Origin: Sminthopsis crassicaudata | Lineage: Eukaryota | Length of the DNA stretch: 64,000 nt | Direction: 5' to 3' | NCBI RefSeq assembly: GCF_048593235.1 | Contig: NC_133617.1 | Coordinates: 705,850,958-705,914,957 of the forward strand | Part shown: one piece after another, positions 26,201 through 38,100 of the stretch | Layout: each line of letters begins with the position of its first letter | Position numbering within the stretch: the stretch's first letter is position 1 | Program-made: the position numbers and the translations under genes | The notes under the pieces: generated by a model | What the model saw: the letters and a program-made list of their open reading frames with translations, nothing else | What the model was told of the DNA's origin: nothing | Databases searched by the model: none

Positions 26201-28725
26201 GTCACTGTCCCCATTTTACAAATTAGGGAAACTGAGGTACAGAATGAGTGCCAGAGCCAAGTCTTTTGACTTCAAGCCTGATGTTTTCCCGTATTACGTC
26301 TCCAGTGCTAATATGTGTGTCCGGGTAGAATCTCAGGGAAAAGCTTTAGGATAACGCTTAAATGATGGGCCAGCCCCCCAAAGCTTCCCTGCCCTTTCAT
26401 CTTTCAACCTACCACATTTTGTCCTGGTTGTACCATGGCGGCAGGCACCTCTACCTTCACTAAGACACATCGGTCGGAGAGGTATGCCTGGAAGGAAAGG
26501 ATGACTTTTGCCTGGAGAGATTCTATGGAAGACACAATATAATTTAACTCAGCAAACATTTATGAATCAGTAGGTGATAGCAGAGGGCTATAATAAGACA
26601 CTGTGCTAGGAAGAGCAGCCGGAATTGGTCTGAGGAGCAAAGCGGGGATCAGGGACAAAGGGAACACTGTGCAAAAAACCCTTCTTCCCCAGGGAGGAAG
26701 CAGAGAGAGGCTGGGAGCAGAGAGGGGGTTGTCTCACCATTCTTGGGCCAAGGGTGAGAAGTTAGTTCAGCATCTTCCCGGAGCCAGACCTCATCAGGAT
26801 CCTCCTTCCTAGGTTCTAAAATGACTGTGTAAGGGCAGATCCCCCCTGCCCAAGAACCCCGCCCACCCCCAGCTCAGAGACAGTGAGTAAGTTTTCTGGC
26901 CCCTTTCCCAGCTTTTCTGGAATTCCCTTTGCTGGGAAATAAAGCTGTGGGTTGCATCCCAAGGGATCCTCCTTTCTTTAGCTTCTAGGATAATGAGGAA
27001 GCCAGGTAGGAGGGACCCCGAGCCAACAGCTGAGTTCCTGCCGTCTCTAGAGAATTTAAGGGGAGATCCTTCTCCCCAAACCTGCTGTGGACAGCCTGAG
27101 TCCTCTCAGATGGCCACACTTACTGGCTTCCTTCTCCCTTTCCCCTTCCTCCCTCCTTTCCAAAGGCTTTCCGGTCCTTCCCCCTCTCTTGTCAGTCACT
27201 CTGGATCTCTTCCCGTCAGACCTAGTGACATATACAGATGGCAAGAGCAGAACAAACCGCCCTGTGCCACAGGCCTGCTCCCTCTTTCCTCCTGCCAACC
27301 CCTCTCCTTTTCCCTTCTTTTTCCCAGCCCATTTTTTCCTTCCTCCTTCCTTCCTTTCTCTCATCAGGAACTTTCCCTTTTAAGTCCAATCCCCAGCCCA
27401 GCCCACCTCTTCCTACACTTACAATTTTAGAATTCAAAGCTAAAAGAGACTTGGGAACCTTATCCTTTTGTACAGAAGAGAATTCTGAGAGCTTAAATGC
27501 CAGAGAGGGAGGTCAGAAAAGACAATTTGCAGAAAAGATGGTGCCTGGGGTCTCTTTGTTGTCTGGCTCTATGATCCTACATGGGAGGGTGCAAGATTTG
27601 AACCCAAATCCTCCGACCTCAATCCAGTGTTCATGCCAGACTGTGTCCCTACCAGATTTCTCTCTCCTCCCCCAGGTCCCTTTGACTTCTTACCTAAACC
27701 CACATCCTCCCCCAGGATCTCCTTTACCCTCCACCTCTCCTCCGGTTTGACAAACCTTTTCTTTAGCTCCCCCCCACCCAGTCTCTCACCCTGCACTGTC
27801 AGGTGGAGGGTCACCCGCACACAGGGGACACAGTTCCTCTCTCCCCTGCACTGAAGGACCACCTCTGTCTGTAGCTTTGTGGGCACCAGCACAGGGTCTT
27901 TGGTGGGTTCCAGCAGGCAGAGCACATCTTCTGGAGGAGATAAATGGCAGCCTTTGAAAATACCCGCTCCACCCAGACCAGAACAGGGGTGAAGGGGGGT
28001 GGGGGGGGGGAGAACAGTGCCCTCAATGCTAGTACAAAGGGGGGGTTCCCTAGGAAGCTCTAGGGAACCAGCTCAGCCAGACCTAAGGCACTGTGGGGGT
28101 CTCCAAGGAGCCAGTGGCAGGAAGGTAAGCCTCATCTCCAGTCTTCTCTTGATACTCACCCCAAAGGTGACAGGAAAGACCCTAGGGGAAGAAAGGGAGT
28201 TCAGAGCTTCCCTGTTTCCTGCCCCAACTTTCCCACACGAGTCCCTGAGCTCCCATAAGCAGGGTTCAGCTTGTGTGCCTCGAGGGTACATAGAGACAGC
28301 TAGGGCCTTCAGGAAGCTGGGACCTTTCCCAGAGATGCCCGCTGCTAAGGACAGAACCGTGAGCCCTGCCGGAGCCCGGACACAGCCGAGCCAGTAGCCT
28401 GCAGGGAAAAGGTGAGCCGGCTGCTTGTTTCTCTCTCACACCCGCTCTCTGCCCTTCCCCCTAGCCCAGCAGCCGCTTCCTACCTGGGCAGACCTGAAAG
28501 GGCAGTTACACCGGAGCTGGGTGGTGGTGGCTGACACTGGAGAAGCCCCGAGCCGGAATGGGCGCTCTCTCCCCACCATCCTTTAACCCCCTCCAAGATC
28601 CCTCCGGAGCCTACCTGAGAGCACCGGGCATCGTCGTGGGACCCTGACAGCTTCTCCAGAGAGAGCACCCAGGGCCTGCTGCCAAGGACCAAGGAGAAGA
28701 GGAGCAGCAGCAGCGGAACCGGCAT
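14218..28725 (-). CDS. IL17RC: Interleukin-17 receptor C, 707 aa. Exons: 28615..28725, 28160..28181, 27790..27930, 26738..26824, 26413..26522, 25379..25484, 24006..24050, 23728..23864, 22994..23053, 22741..22798, 22364..22557, 21988..22038, 20370..20415, 20097..20218, 19468..19527, 15503..15548, 15229..15324, 14931..14969, 14218..14810
   Basis: Signal peptide MPVPLLLLLFSLVLG; GLSCHLW micro-exon; LQTEVVLQC; TGPQNITLNQTDLVPCLCIE; LLQDLQSGQCMQ; TM segment WVLVWLAFLVLAACILLLFLL; SEFIR domain ALLLYSPDHAGFERLVG...VAVDLWHRRELSALGPLAWF. All 18 introns are GT-AG, phases are continuous and the total is 2124 nt. Confidence 0.95.
16219..16430 (+). mobile_element. CORE-SINE with RTE-derived tail (Mar1/WALLSI-like)
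   Basis: tRNA-like head CTAGGTGGCTTAGTGG...GAATTCAAAT, CORE segment, RTE tail AGAAGGCAATGGCAAAACCACTCCAG and an (AAC)n end. Confidence 0.6.
20537..20760 (+). mobile_element. CORE-SINE with RTE-derived tail
   Basis: GCAGCTAGGTGGCTCAGTGAATAGAGC...GAGTTCAAATCC...CAGTTTCCTCATCTGTAAAAT...GCAAACCACTGCAG...AACAACAAA. Confidence 0.6.
20891..21032. other. Assembly gap (N run)
   Basis: 142 N. Confidence 1.
22074..22219. other. Assembly gap (N run)
   Basis: 146 N. Confidence 1.
24170..25060. mobile_element. Cluster of LINE-1 3'-end fragments in IL17RC intron
   Basis: GATGATCAACTATGATAGATTTGGCTCTTTTCAACAATGAG and AAAATTTGGAGCAGAAGG...AATAAAAAGC L1 3'UTR motifs. Confidence 0.6.
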
Positions 28726-30649
28726 CTTCTGGGTGCTGCTCAGTGTTGTCAGCTGGGCTCAGGCCTGACGCCGCTCCCCCTGGGGGGAGAAGCCACCCCC
28801 CCCCACAGGTCTGCAGGCCAACTGTTGCTCCTTTCCTCCTGGATGCCCAGCGGTACCAGAGTGGGGACTGGGACCCCTCCCCTCCCACTCCTATCCTGGC
28901 TCGGGGCCTCCTAGGGTGGGAGGGTTGGGAGGAGATTCCAGGCACTGGGTCTTCGATGGCTCTTCTCAGTTTGATCTCCGAATCCGAAGTGCTTTCGATT
29001 CAGCTCGGAGGCCTGCTGTCCCGCCTCCTGTTCCAGCCCCTGTCCTGTCCTGTCCCTCCCACAAAACACTGGGCCCAGTGCCCAGAATCTGGATGACTGG
29101 GAAGACGGCAACTCACTAGCCACTCCTCACAAGGCACAACCCTCCCAACACAGACACACCCCCCCCCTACCTGGCAGGGACTGGCAATACCAGCAAAGCT
29201 ACCTATGACCCCAGGGGGTTCTGTGGGAAGATGGGAAAGGGGAAGGCAGTTCTAGAGGCCCCTCTCCCGGGACCTGGTGACATGGAACTATTCCATGCCA
29301 TAAAAGTATGACATTCATCTTCCTGCTGATGTTACTACCCAATCCCTTTTCTCCTGGACCTTTGGGCCCTGCCCTTTTTATGTTTTCCCAGTCTGGCACT
29401 AATATAGACCCCAGGGTACTGATGATCCCAAGAGAACGCAGCTTGTTCATATCTTTTGGATCTAGTAGATCTTAAAAGCACAGTTACCCCTTCCCATTCT
29501 TTGCTCACCACATAAAAGGGAGAGTTAGAGTTGCAACTCAAGTGGATGCAGCTCTCCACCAAGTCCAGGATCCTGAAGCTTGCTTGGAAAATGTGTGATC
29601 TCACAAAAATAACAGAATTTGGGAGTTGGGAAGGATCTTAGCAGCTTTCCAGTCTACTCTGTACACAAAAGGAATACTTATTATAATATACCAGACTGTC
29701 TTGAAGCCCAAGAAAAGGGAACCATCTCCGCCACAACAGTGGAGACTTTTTCTTAGTTGCTATATTTCTAAGTATAATAACTGAGCTGTAAAGCTTAGTT
29801 GCTATATTTCTCCTATCTGACTCCTATGCACCCATTCTTGTAACCATTGATGAACATCTGGGTTCCTTCATGCTGATCTTTTCAAACAGCTTACTGATGC
29901 CTTTTTTTTTTTTGATGGTTAACCTCTCACTTTATTGCCTTCGATATCTTTTTGGAAAACATTTCATTTGGGGCATAAAATATATACGTTGTGTAAATGA
30001 ACGTCAACAATTCCACATGCAAAGGCCAGAAAATTAGAATAGATAACACTATGAATCTATAATAGAGTTTAATATATTAGCAGTATATTTTAAAATATTT
30101 TACAATTGCACTTTAATATAAAAAAAATTTATTTTCAGTTTCAAATCTTCTCCCTCCCCATAATGAATTTTTAAAAATTATTTTTCAACATACCCCACAT
30201 ACAATTGAACTTTTTTTTTTTTTAAACAAAAACAAAAGTCGTGTAAAATTAACATAGCGGTAATTCTCCTCTCCTCCCTTTCCAAAAGGAAGGACGTGGT
30301 TCATTCTCTTTTCTCCCAGAATTTGGTCTTTATAATGAACGAATCGAAGTTCATATACCCGTGTTTTCATAGACTTTTATTCACCATGTTTGCTTTGGGC
30401 AGCCATGCCAATCAAGCTGTGAAAAGTAACCTGGAGTAGCTGCTCCTCCTCTACCCAGTTTAGCCAAATTTATTACTTCCTCCCTAAATCTCGGGGATGG
30501 GGGCAGAGGAAGGAGGCTAGCTGAACCCCAGGCAAATGTCATCCGTGGGAGCTGGGGGCAGGAACTCTGGGCTCACACGTTTGCTCGAGTGTTGATCTCT
30601 TTACTGGTATCCAACAGGAGACTGGGCCGGAGGGGCGGGAAGGCGAGGA

Positions 30650-32100
30650 GTGCGGACCGCGTACCTCAGCCCTGGTCTAGACACTTGTAATAGAAGTGAG
30701 AAGCATGTGCGGAGTGAGAACAGAGCTGTGCTTTAGGAGGCAGCCCCTCGCCACAGATGGAAGGATCTCAACCCCTTTTGCGGGGAGGGCGGCCAAATGC
30801 TTTGCGCTTCCAGTCCATGCTCGGAGAGGTCCTCTCCGAGCCTCTCCCCCTCCCCACTCCTGGAGACACAGGCTCCTCTGGAGGGCCACTTCTGAGGGGA
30901 CAGGGCTCCATCTTGGCGATGGGGAGGAGCCCCTTCTGGCCTCCCCGAGGTCGCTTTCTGCACAGAACGCCGGCTTTCCCGTCCCCCCCGGGCCGGAGGA
31001 ACAAAGGCACCTCTCCCCCATTCCCTTCCGACTCAGCGGCGGTCGGAGCGCAGCAGCTCCGCCCGCGCCGCCTCCCGCTCCAGCCTCTGGCACAGCTGCA
31101 GGCGCTTCCGCAAATAGCGCCGCCAGTCTTCGCGCCCCGGGGGGCGGGGTCCGAGCCGGGGCCAGAGCGCGAGCCCACGCGGGGCGCCGCGAGCGTCCTC
31201 CGCGCCCAGGGCCCGGAGCAGCGGGGGCAGCTCGCCCAGCAGGCGGAAGCGCGGGAGAGCGCGCAGCGGCCGGGGAACGTCCTCCGCGGCTCCAAGCTTG
31301 CCGAAGAAGGCCAGCAGGAGAGGTGGCGCCCCTCTCGCGGGGCTCGGGCCAGGGGGGAGGCAGCAGCTCAGGGCGGCGCGGAACAGGTCTTGGGTGTCCT
31401 GCTCGCCCCCGGCCCCGGCCCGCCAGCGGCGGTAGAGGCGGCTGCTGGTCCGGCTCCAGAGGAGCAGCACGGCGCCCCGCTCCTGCGCCACGCGGGCCCG
31501 GGCTGCGCACAGCCAAGGAAGAGGCCCCAGGCGGGCCACGCGCTCCCCCTCCCACAGGTCCAGGATCACCTCGCCGCCGCCTCCCAGGGCCACCCTCAGC
31601 AGCTCGGCCAGGGCGCCCACCAGACGGCGGTGCGCCTCCGAGTCTGCAGAGTAGAGCAGCAGTACGGGCCGGGGTCCGCGGGGGCCTGTGGAGAGAAAGC
31701 AGGGACAAAGGCCGGGGCGGCTTGAAGGAGAGGGCGGGGGCGGGGGCCGCCCATCCCGCCCGCCTCCCTGCCCCCTCGCTCGGGCCGGGCTAGGCCAGGG
31801 ACAGCCCGGCGGGCACCGCTTGGGAACTGGGAGAGAAGGAGACGATCTGCTCCCCAGAGGAGCCCCCAAGGCACATCCCTTCCCCTCCTCAAGTACCTCC
31901 GGCCAGTCCTGGCCCTCTCACCTGTCAGCAGTCTCCGTAAGCCCTGGCAGTTCAAAACCAGGACAGTCACCAGCAAGGCGGTCCCCAGCAACAGCCCCAG
32001 AGCCAGAAGCCCCAAGTGCCTGTGAGAGACTGAGGCGGGCAGAGGCGAGGTCAGAGGAGGCCCCGATCTCACCCCCTCCATCATCTCTGAGCCTGAGAAC
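30650..32100. promoter_or_regulatory. CpG island over the IL17RE terminal exons
   Basis: Dense CpG and very high GC in an otherwise CpG-depleted region. Confidence 0.65.
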
Positions 32101-35100
32101 TTACCATCGGGGCACAAAAGGTGCTTCTGGGCGTACTGGACGTCTGACCGCCACACCTGAGGAAAAGGGTCCCCAATGAGAACGAAGGGAGGGGAGGAAG
32201 GAGGCGGGTGGGGATGAGAAAGGGTCATTACCAGAACACAGCCCCCGAGGCTCTGTAAGGGGATGAGGAGGTCTGACTTCACCGGGCTGGATCCTTGAGG
32301 CTATGGGAACAAAGGATACAATGGTCATCCCCATACATGTAAATGGTTAAAGGGTCCTATATCTTTCCATGCTCTCCCCGCTTTGACAGTGGATAGCGCA
32401 CACTTGGAGCAGGAAGAACTGAGTTCAAATCCTGCCTCAGACAATCACTAGCTGTGGGATCCTGCCATTTAGCCTCCGTTTGCCTCCATTTCCTCACCCA
32501 GAAAAATGAGAAATAGCCTCTAAGATTGCTTCCAGCTCTGATCTGTGGTTCTAGGCTTTTATGATCAGGGATTCTTTTCTGTCTCCTTTCTGCCTATCCA
32601 CCTCATTTCTGAGGAGATGGAGTCCAGACATGCCTTCTCCTGAAGCCGTCCCTCACTACTGCACCTCTGGTCTGGACACTTTAATAGAAGTGAGAATTCA
32701 CGTGCAAGGAGTGAGAACAGAGCTGTGCTTTGGGGGAGTCAGCGAGGCAGCCCTTACCATTGCTGGGACAATACAGTGGAAAGTAGTCAATCTTTAGTCA
32801 GAGCACTTATATTCAAATCCTAAGCGCGCTACTTACTATAGGACCTCGGCAAATTCCTTTCTCTCTTTAGACCTGTTTTCTAAGCGACAAAATGAGGAGG
32901 TTGGACATGAAAAGAAACAACCCCTTTCTCTGAACAGGGTTTTTAGGTACATAAAACTAAAACACACAGGATTGCAAAGATAATTCCATTGAAATATAGT
33001 TATTAGAATAATGATTTTAGAAAACCAAATGCACAGCCCCCAGGTTAAGAACTTCTGCTTTAAAATGTAAGTAAAGGAGAAGCTAGATGGTATAGTAGAT
33101 AGATAACCAGTGCCAGGTTAAGAACTGGTGCTTTAAAATGTATGTAAAAGGAAAGCTAAATGGCACAATGGATAGAGCATCAACTCAGAAGGACCTGAGT
33201 TTCAAATTTGGCCTCAGACACTCAACACCAGCTGTGTGTGTGTGATTCTGGGCAAGTCATTTAACCCTTATTGCCACTCAAATAAATAAATAAATAAACA
33301 AATATAAATAAACAAATGGATGAATGAATAGATAAATAAATAAATAAAATGTAGATAAGGAACTCTCAAAAGGCACCTCGTCTGATTTCAGTGGGAAGAT
33401 TGCCATACTGATTTACTCAATGTTGGCGGATTTTAGTGTTCAACTATTCTTAAAAAAAAAAAAAAAGAAAAAAAAAAGTGGAGAGTATGCAAGAAAATGA
33501 GTAGTGTCCATACCTTTGACCTAGCAATCCTGCTACTGGGCATATACTCAAAAGAAGTCAATTTATACAAAAAAAATCAGCACTTTGTGCTAGAACCAAA
33601 GAAATGGATATAAAGTGACTCTTCATCAATGGGGAATAGCTAAAAAAACAAAAAAAAAAATCCTCAATCCTCTGATAATGATATGTCATTATATAGTAAG
33701 AAATGATGAACATGAGGAAATTCAGAGAAGCATGGAAAGATTTGTATGAACTGACTGTAAAATAGGCAGGCCCAAGAGAAATAGGATAATGACTACAATG
33801 TAAAATGAAAAGATTTCAACTATGAGAGAAGAAAACAAAGAAGGTTCTAGAGGATAGATAACAGATTCAAAAGAGAACTGGAAAACTACAAAAACAGAAT
33901 ATATGTCCAATAAGAGGGTCACTTTAAGACTTTTTTTGCTGAACTGTTTTTCTTTGTTATAAGAGAGAGTTCGTAGAGGGGCAATGAAATGAAATAATTA
34001 TGATGTAAAAATCAAAAGAATCCCTAAAACATGGTTTAGAAAGAAATAAAAAAAGATTTGTTCAAAAGTATGGATCCGATTCTGCTCCTTGCTGAGGACT
34101 GACCAAAGTAAGTGGATTTAGTCTTCAAAGAAAGAACAGCAGAGATACTTCTAAGACCTATTGTCCAGCCTGATATGTTGTGGTGCTGGTTTGTCCTTCA
34201 TTCTTGAAGAGGGCCATGATATCAGGGAGGAGAAGCCATGACGTGCAAGGGAATTGGATGCTCAAAGATGTCCCATTGTGTTATGACATCTGGGTTATGT
34301 TGGAGGTATTGGGATGAAAGATGAGATGACTGTGGCCATGGTATAGAGCAGAGAGAATGTGTGAGAATGCTTGTGTAAATATAAAATGAGGTATGAGTGA
34401 ACAGTTGGCTAGCTCCAAAATGAAGTGGTCAAAGGGAGTTAGAGGATTGGATAACTTCCTACTTGTCACAGCCTATTAAGTTCACAGATGTGTCAGGAAC
34501 TGAAAAGTTAGGAAATATTCTTCTAGATAACCTAACAGAAATCAGAATCTAAGATAGAGGTTTTCAATTCTTTTGGCGCCAGAGACCCGTTGGGCATCTG
34601 GTAAAGCCTATGGACATCTGAAAAGGATGTCAGGGTAATGTTTTTAGATGCATAAAATAAAATATATAGGTTTGCTAATATAATAAATTATATTGAAATA
34701 CAATTATCAAAAAAAAAAAAAAAAAAAGAAATTAAAAGTTCATGGCTCCTGGATTAAGAACCGCTGCTTTTAAGACTTAGATAAGAAATCTCAAAAGGCA
34801 TTAAAGAATAGCTTCCCGAAGCACCAGCCCTGAAGTCAGGAGGACTTGAGTTCAAATCTGATCTCAGACATGTAACACTTTCTAGCTGTGTGATTGTGGG
34901 CAAGTCACTTAACCCCAAATGCCTCAGCAAAAAAAAGAAAAAGAAAAAAAAAAAAGAATAACTTCCCTAGCATCCCTAAGAAAGGGTCATTCAAACTTTG
35001 CTTGAAAACCCTAAGGGTCACCACTTTTTACTTTTGAATTGCTCTGATTCTTTGGGAAGTTTTCCCTTACATTAAGATAAAATCAGCCTTTCTACAACTT

Positions 35101-38100
35101 TCCCTTATAGTTCCTGGTTCCACTCTCTGGGGCCAAAAAGAATAAGACTCTTTCCCCTTCTTCCCTTCAAATACTTGACAACCACTTTTCCTTCTAGATC
35201 TTCTCTTGATAAATGGCAGAAGGATAATGGGACAAGATAGAGGCAAACAAAGGTATTGCAATGAGTGCAATGCAAAAACTTTTGCTTTATCCCTAATATC
35301 AACACCCCCACCCACAGACCCCTTGTGCTCGGGGCTAGTTCTCAGGGGGTGAAGGGAATGCTATAACCTAGAAGAGTGGGGCGTGGGGGAGGGGGGGAGA
35401 GATGGAGGCTTCTGGAGGAGACGGCAGAGCTCAGTCTTGGCTTCAGGGACCGTACCTGACTGACAGAGTAAACAGGCAGCTGGGGATCGTGATGCTCCCT
35501 CCCCGGCAGGCACCAAGCAGCACTGAAAGCAGCCGGGGTCCTTGAGGAGAAGCGCAGGATGAGCTGTTTGTACTGGATATCCATACTCACGTTCCAGGAA
35601 GAGGCTGGGAGGGGGAGGGGTGCACAGACATACAGATTACAGAGATGCACAAACGGTGAGGATCCTGATGGTTGTAGGTGAGTGAAGGCTAAAAGGGGGA
35701 TGGGGTACATGAGAGAAGATTACATGCTCACCGTTCCTCTGGGGGCATTTAACATGGCTACTATTCCCAAGAGAGAACTAGGAAAGAGGAAAACAAAGTT
35801 ATCAGGATGGAGGTGGAAGGGGGAAAGATATATATTTCCCCCTTCCTGTGACCTTCCATCCCCTGTTTAACCAAAGCCCCAACTCTCCTTCCCAGAATTT
35901 TCTGCAGCTAGAGCCATACCTTGAAGCAAAGATGAGGGTGCAAATCCACCTTCTCCACCACGTACCACTGTTGGGAGAGAAGGGAGTCACACTGGAGAAG
36001 TTTTGAGCCCCCACTCATCCCAGGGTCATCTCATGTGGTGGGGCTACACATAATGTATTGAAAGCTCCCTTAATGTTAGATCTGAAAATCATCCGCCCTC
36101 CTTCTCTCTCTTTTCCTCTCCTTCCCTCTCTCCTCTCACTCCCCCATTCCTGTTTATCTTGAGCCATCTCTGTCCCTTTCTTGCTCCCCACCTCTCTCTC
36201 CCCCAGTTCCTTTCTTCCCCTCTGCCCCCTCCTTACCCCCTCCGACTCAGACACGGTGGCATTGGGAAGGGCTTCACAGGGACTGTGCCAGCTCTGCTTC
36301 TGGCACAGGGTGGCCTCGGGCTTCACTGGGCAGCGTAAGGTTAGGGTCATGGCCATTTGGTCCTGGTAGCTGTAGTCAGTGAAGTGTACCGACCTCCAGA
36401 AGTCCATGCTGTCTGTGGGCAGACGTGTCTTGGTGAGGTGTTTGCTCACCCTCAGGCCTGTCTTTGCTTCAAACTGTCCTTGCCCCCTCCCCAGATCCAA
36501 GATGATTTCTTCATTACGGTACTATCAAGGACAAGGCAGATCAAGCTATTCCAATGTCCTTCCTATCTGATCCCACCCTCGAACCAATGGCTCTCCAACC
36601 TGTATGCTCTATTCCACCCATCTTTCCCTTGTCTTCTCCCTTCCCTACCACCATATGCAGACCCTGTTTCCCTCTCTGGGAGTTTATCAATGCTGTTCTT
36701 TCCCACTAAGTATTCAATACTATCCACACTTCAAAGTCCAGTTCAAATTCCTCTGCTCCAATTCATGGTTTTTTTTTTTTCTTCTTCAAAAGCTTTAAGA
36801 GTATTTACAGTTTATTCCATAAAATTGGTTACTATGTTGTAACTTGTGCTGTTTCATACCACTCGCTCAACAATTTCTTACTGAGATGATGGCATTGTAT
36901 ATCATTCTCCCTATCTAGGCTACTGGGAGGGAGAAATAGCATACCCACCAAAGTTTCAATGTTTATTAACTGACTGACTGGAATGTCAATACATGGAATG
37001 TCAATACCACTGCCAGCTTCTCTCCTTTTCCCAAAAAGCAAAAACAAGGCAGTTCCCCCCGTTCACCCCGATCCCCAGGTCCCTGTGGTAAAGTTATTTG
37101 GACAAGTTTATCCTTGGAGTGAGGGAGTGGGATGAGGTTTGTGTGGGCTACTCACAGACTTCAGGCTGGTCCTTCAAGGGACACTGCTTCTTCCGCACAC
37201 TGTCCTGGTGCAGGTATGCTGCCTGATAAAATGAAGGTGTAGGGTATGCTCAGAGGGGCAGATTTTTTTTCTACCACTTAGACCCCAAACCCACTTTAAT
37301 CTAGCCCCATTAGAATCCAGTTCTCTGGGATCAGAGATAAAGAACTAGGGTATATATTCAACATACAAAAAGGGGACACACACAAATCAAGAGAACCCAA
37401 CTTCTTAAAGGAGAGGAAAAATCACTAAGTGGGAAGCAAAATAAAATGTGAATAATAATAATAGCTGACATTTAATTTCCTTTTTTTCCACCAAGTACAA
37501 TGTCATATCTGAGTTGCTTGCCACCCTCACCCTTTGGGCTCCATCTCCCTACTTCCAGTCTCATTTCAGCAATACCTCCTAAAGCATTAGGGCCCCATAA
37601 TGGAGTACTTTCTTGTTTCTCTTCCTTTGCATTCAGTTGTTTTTTTTTTTTTTACCCATAAACCATCTGCTATATTGCCCCATCCTGCCATGTTCTATAG
37701 CTTCAGCATCTTGTGCTCCTTCTTTTCCATCTTATTTTATCAACTAATCCATATGAAGGTGTGGGAGGAGGGGAATGGTCACTAGAAGTCAGGATTGTCC
37801 CTTCAAATGACCCTAATGGAGACTAGGTCAGTTGAGTTCTGAACTCTTTGGACAACTTAATAAATGGTCATTGACTATTGACTGACAGCATTCTGAAGCA
37901 AAATTAGCATCAGATTAGTCCTATATTGGGTGCAAGAGACAAACTGGTACAGTGAATAAAATGCTGGAGTCAAGAATATTGGAATTCAGGTTCCCCCCTT
38001 AGACAATAGTTGTGTGACCCCCTAGGCAAATCACAACCTCTTAAAGCCTCCATTCTTTAACTGCAAACTGGGGGCAATAATAGAACCGACCATATGGGGG

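Noticed and set aside
30677-31793. Long ORFs of 322-365 aa over the IL17RE last exon
   Set aside because: Alternative-frame and antisense read-through in a CpG island; only the SEFIR frame has family motifs.
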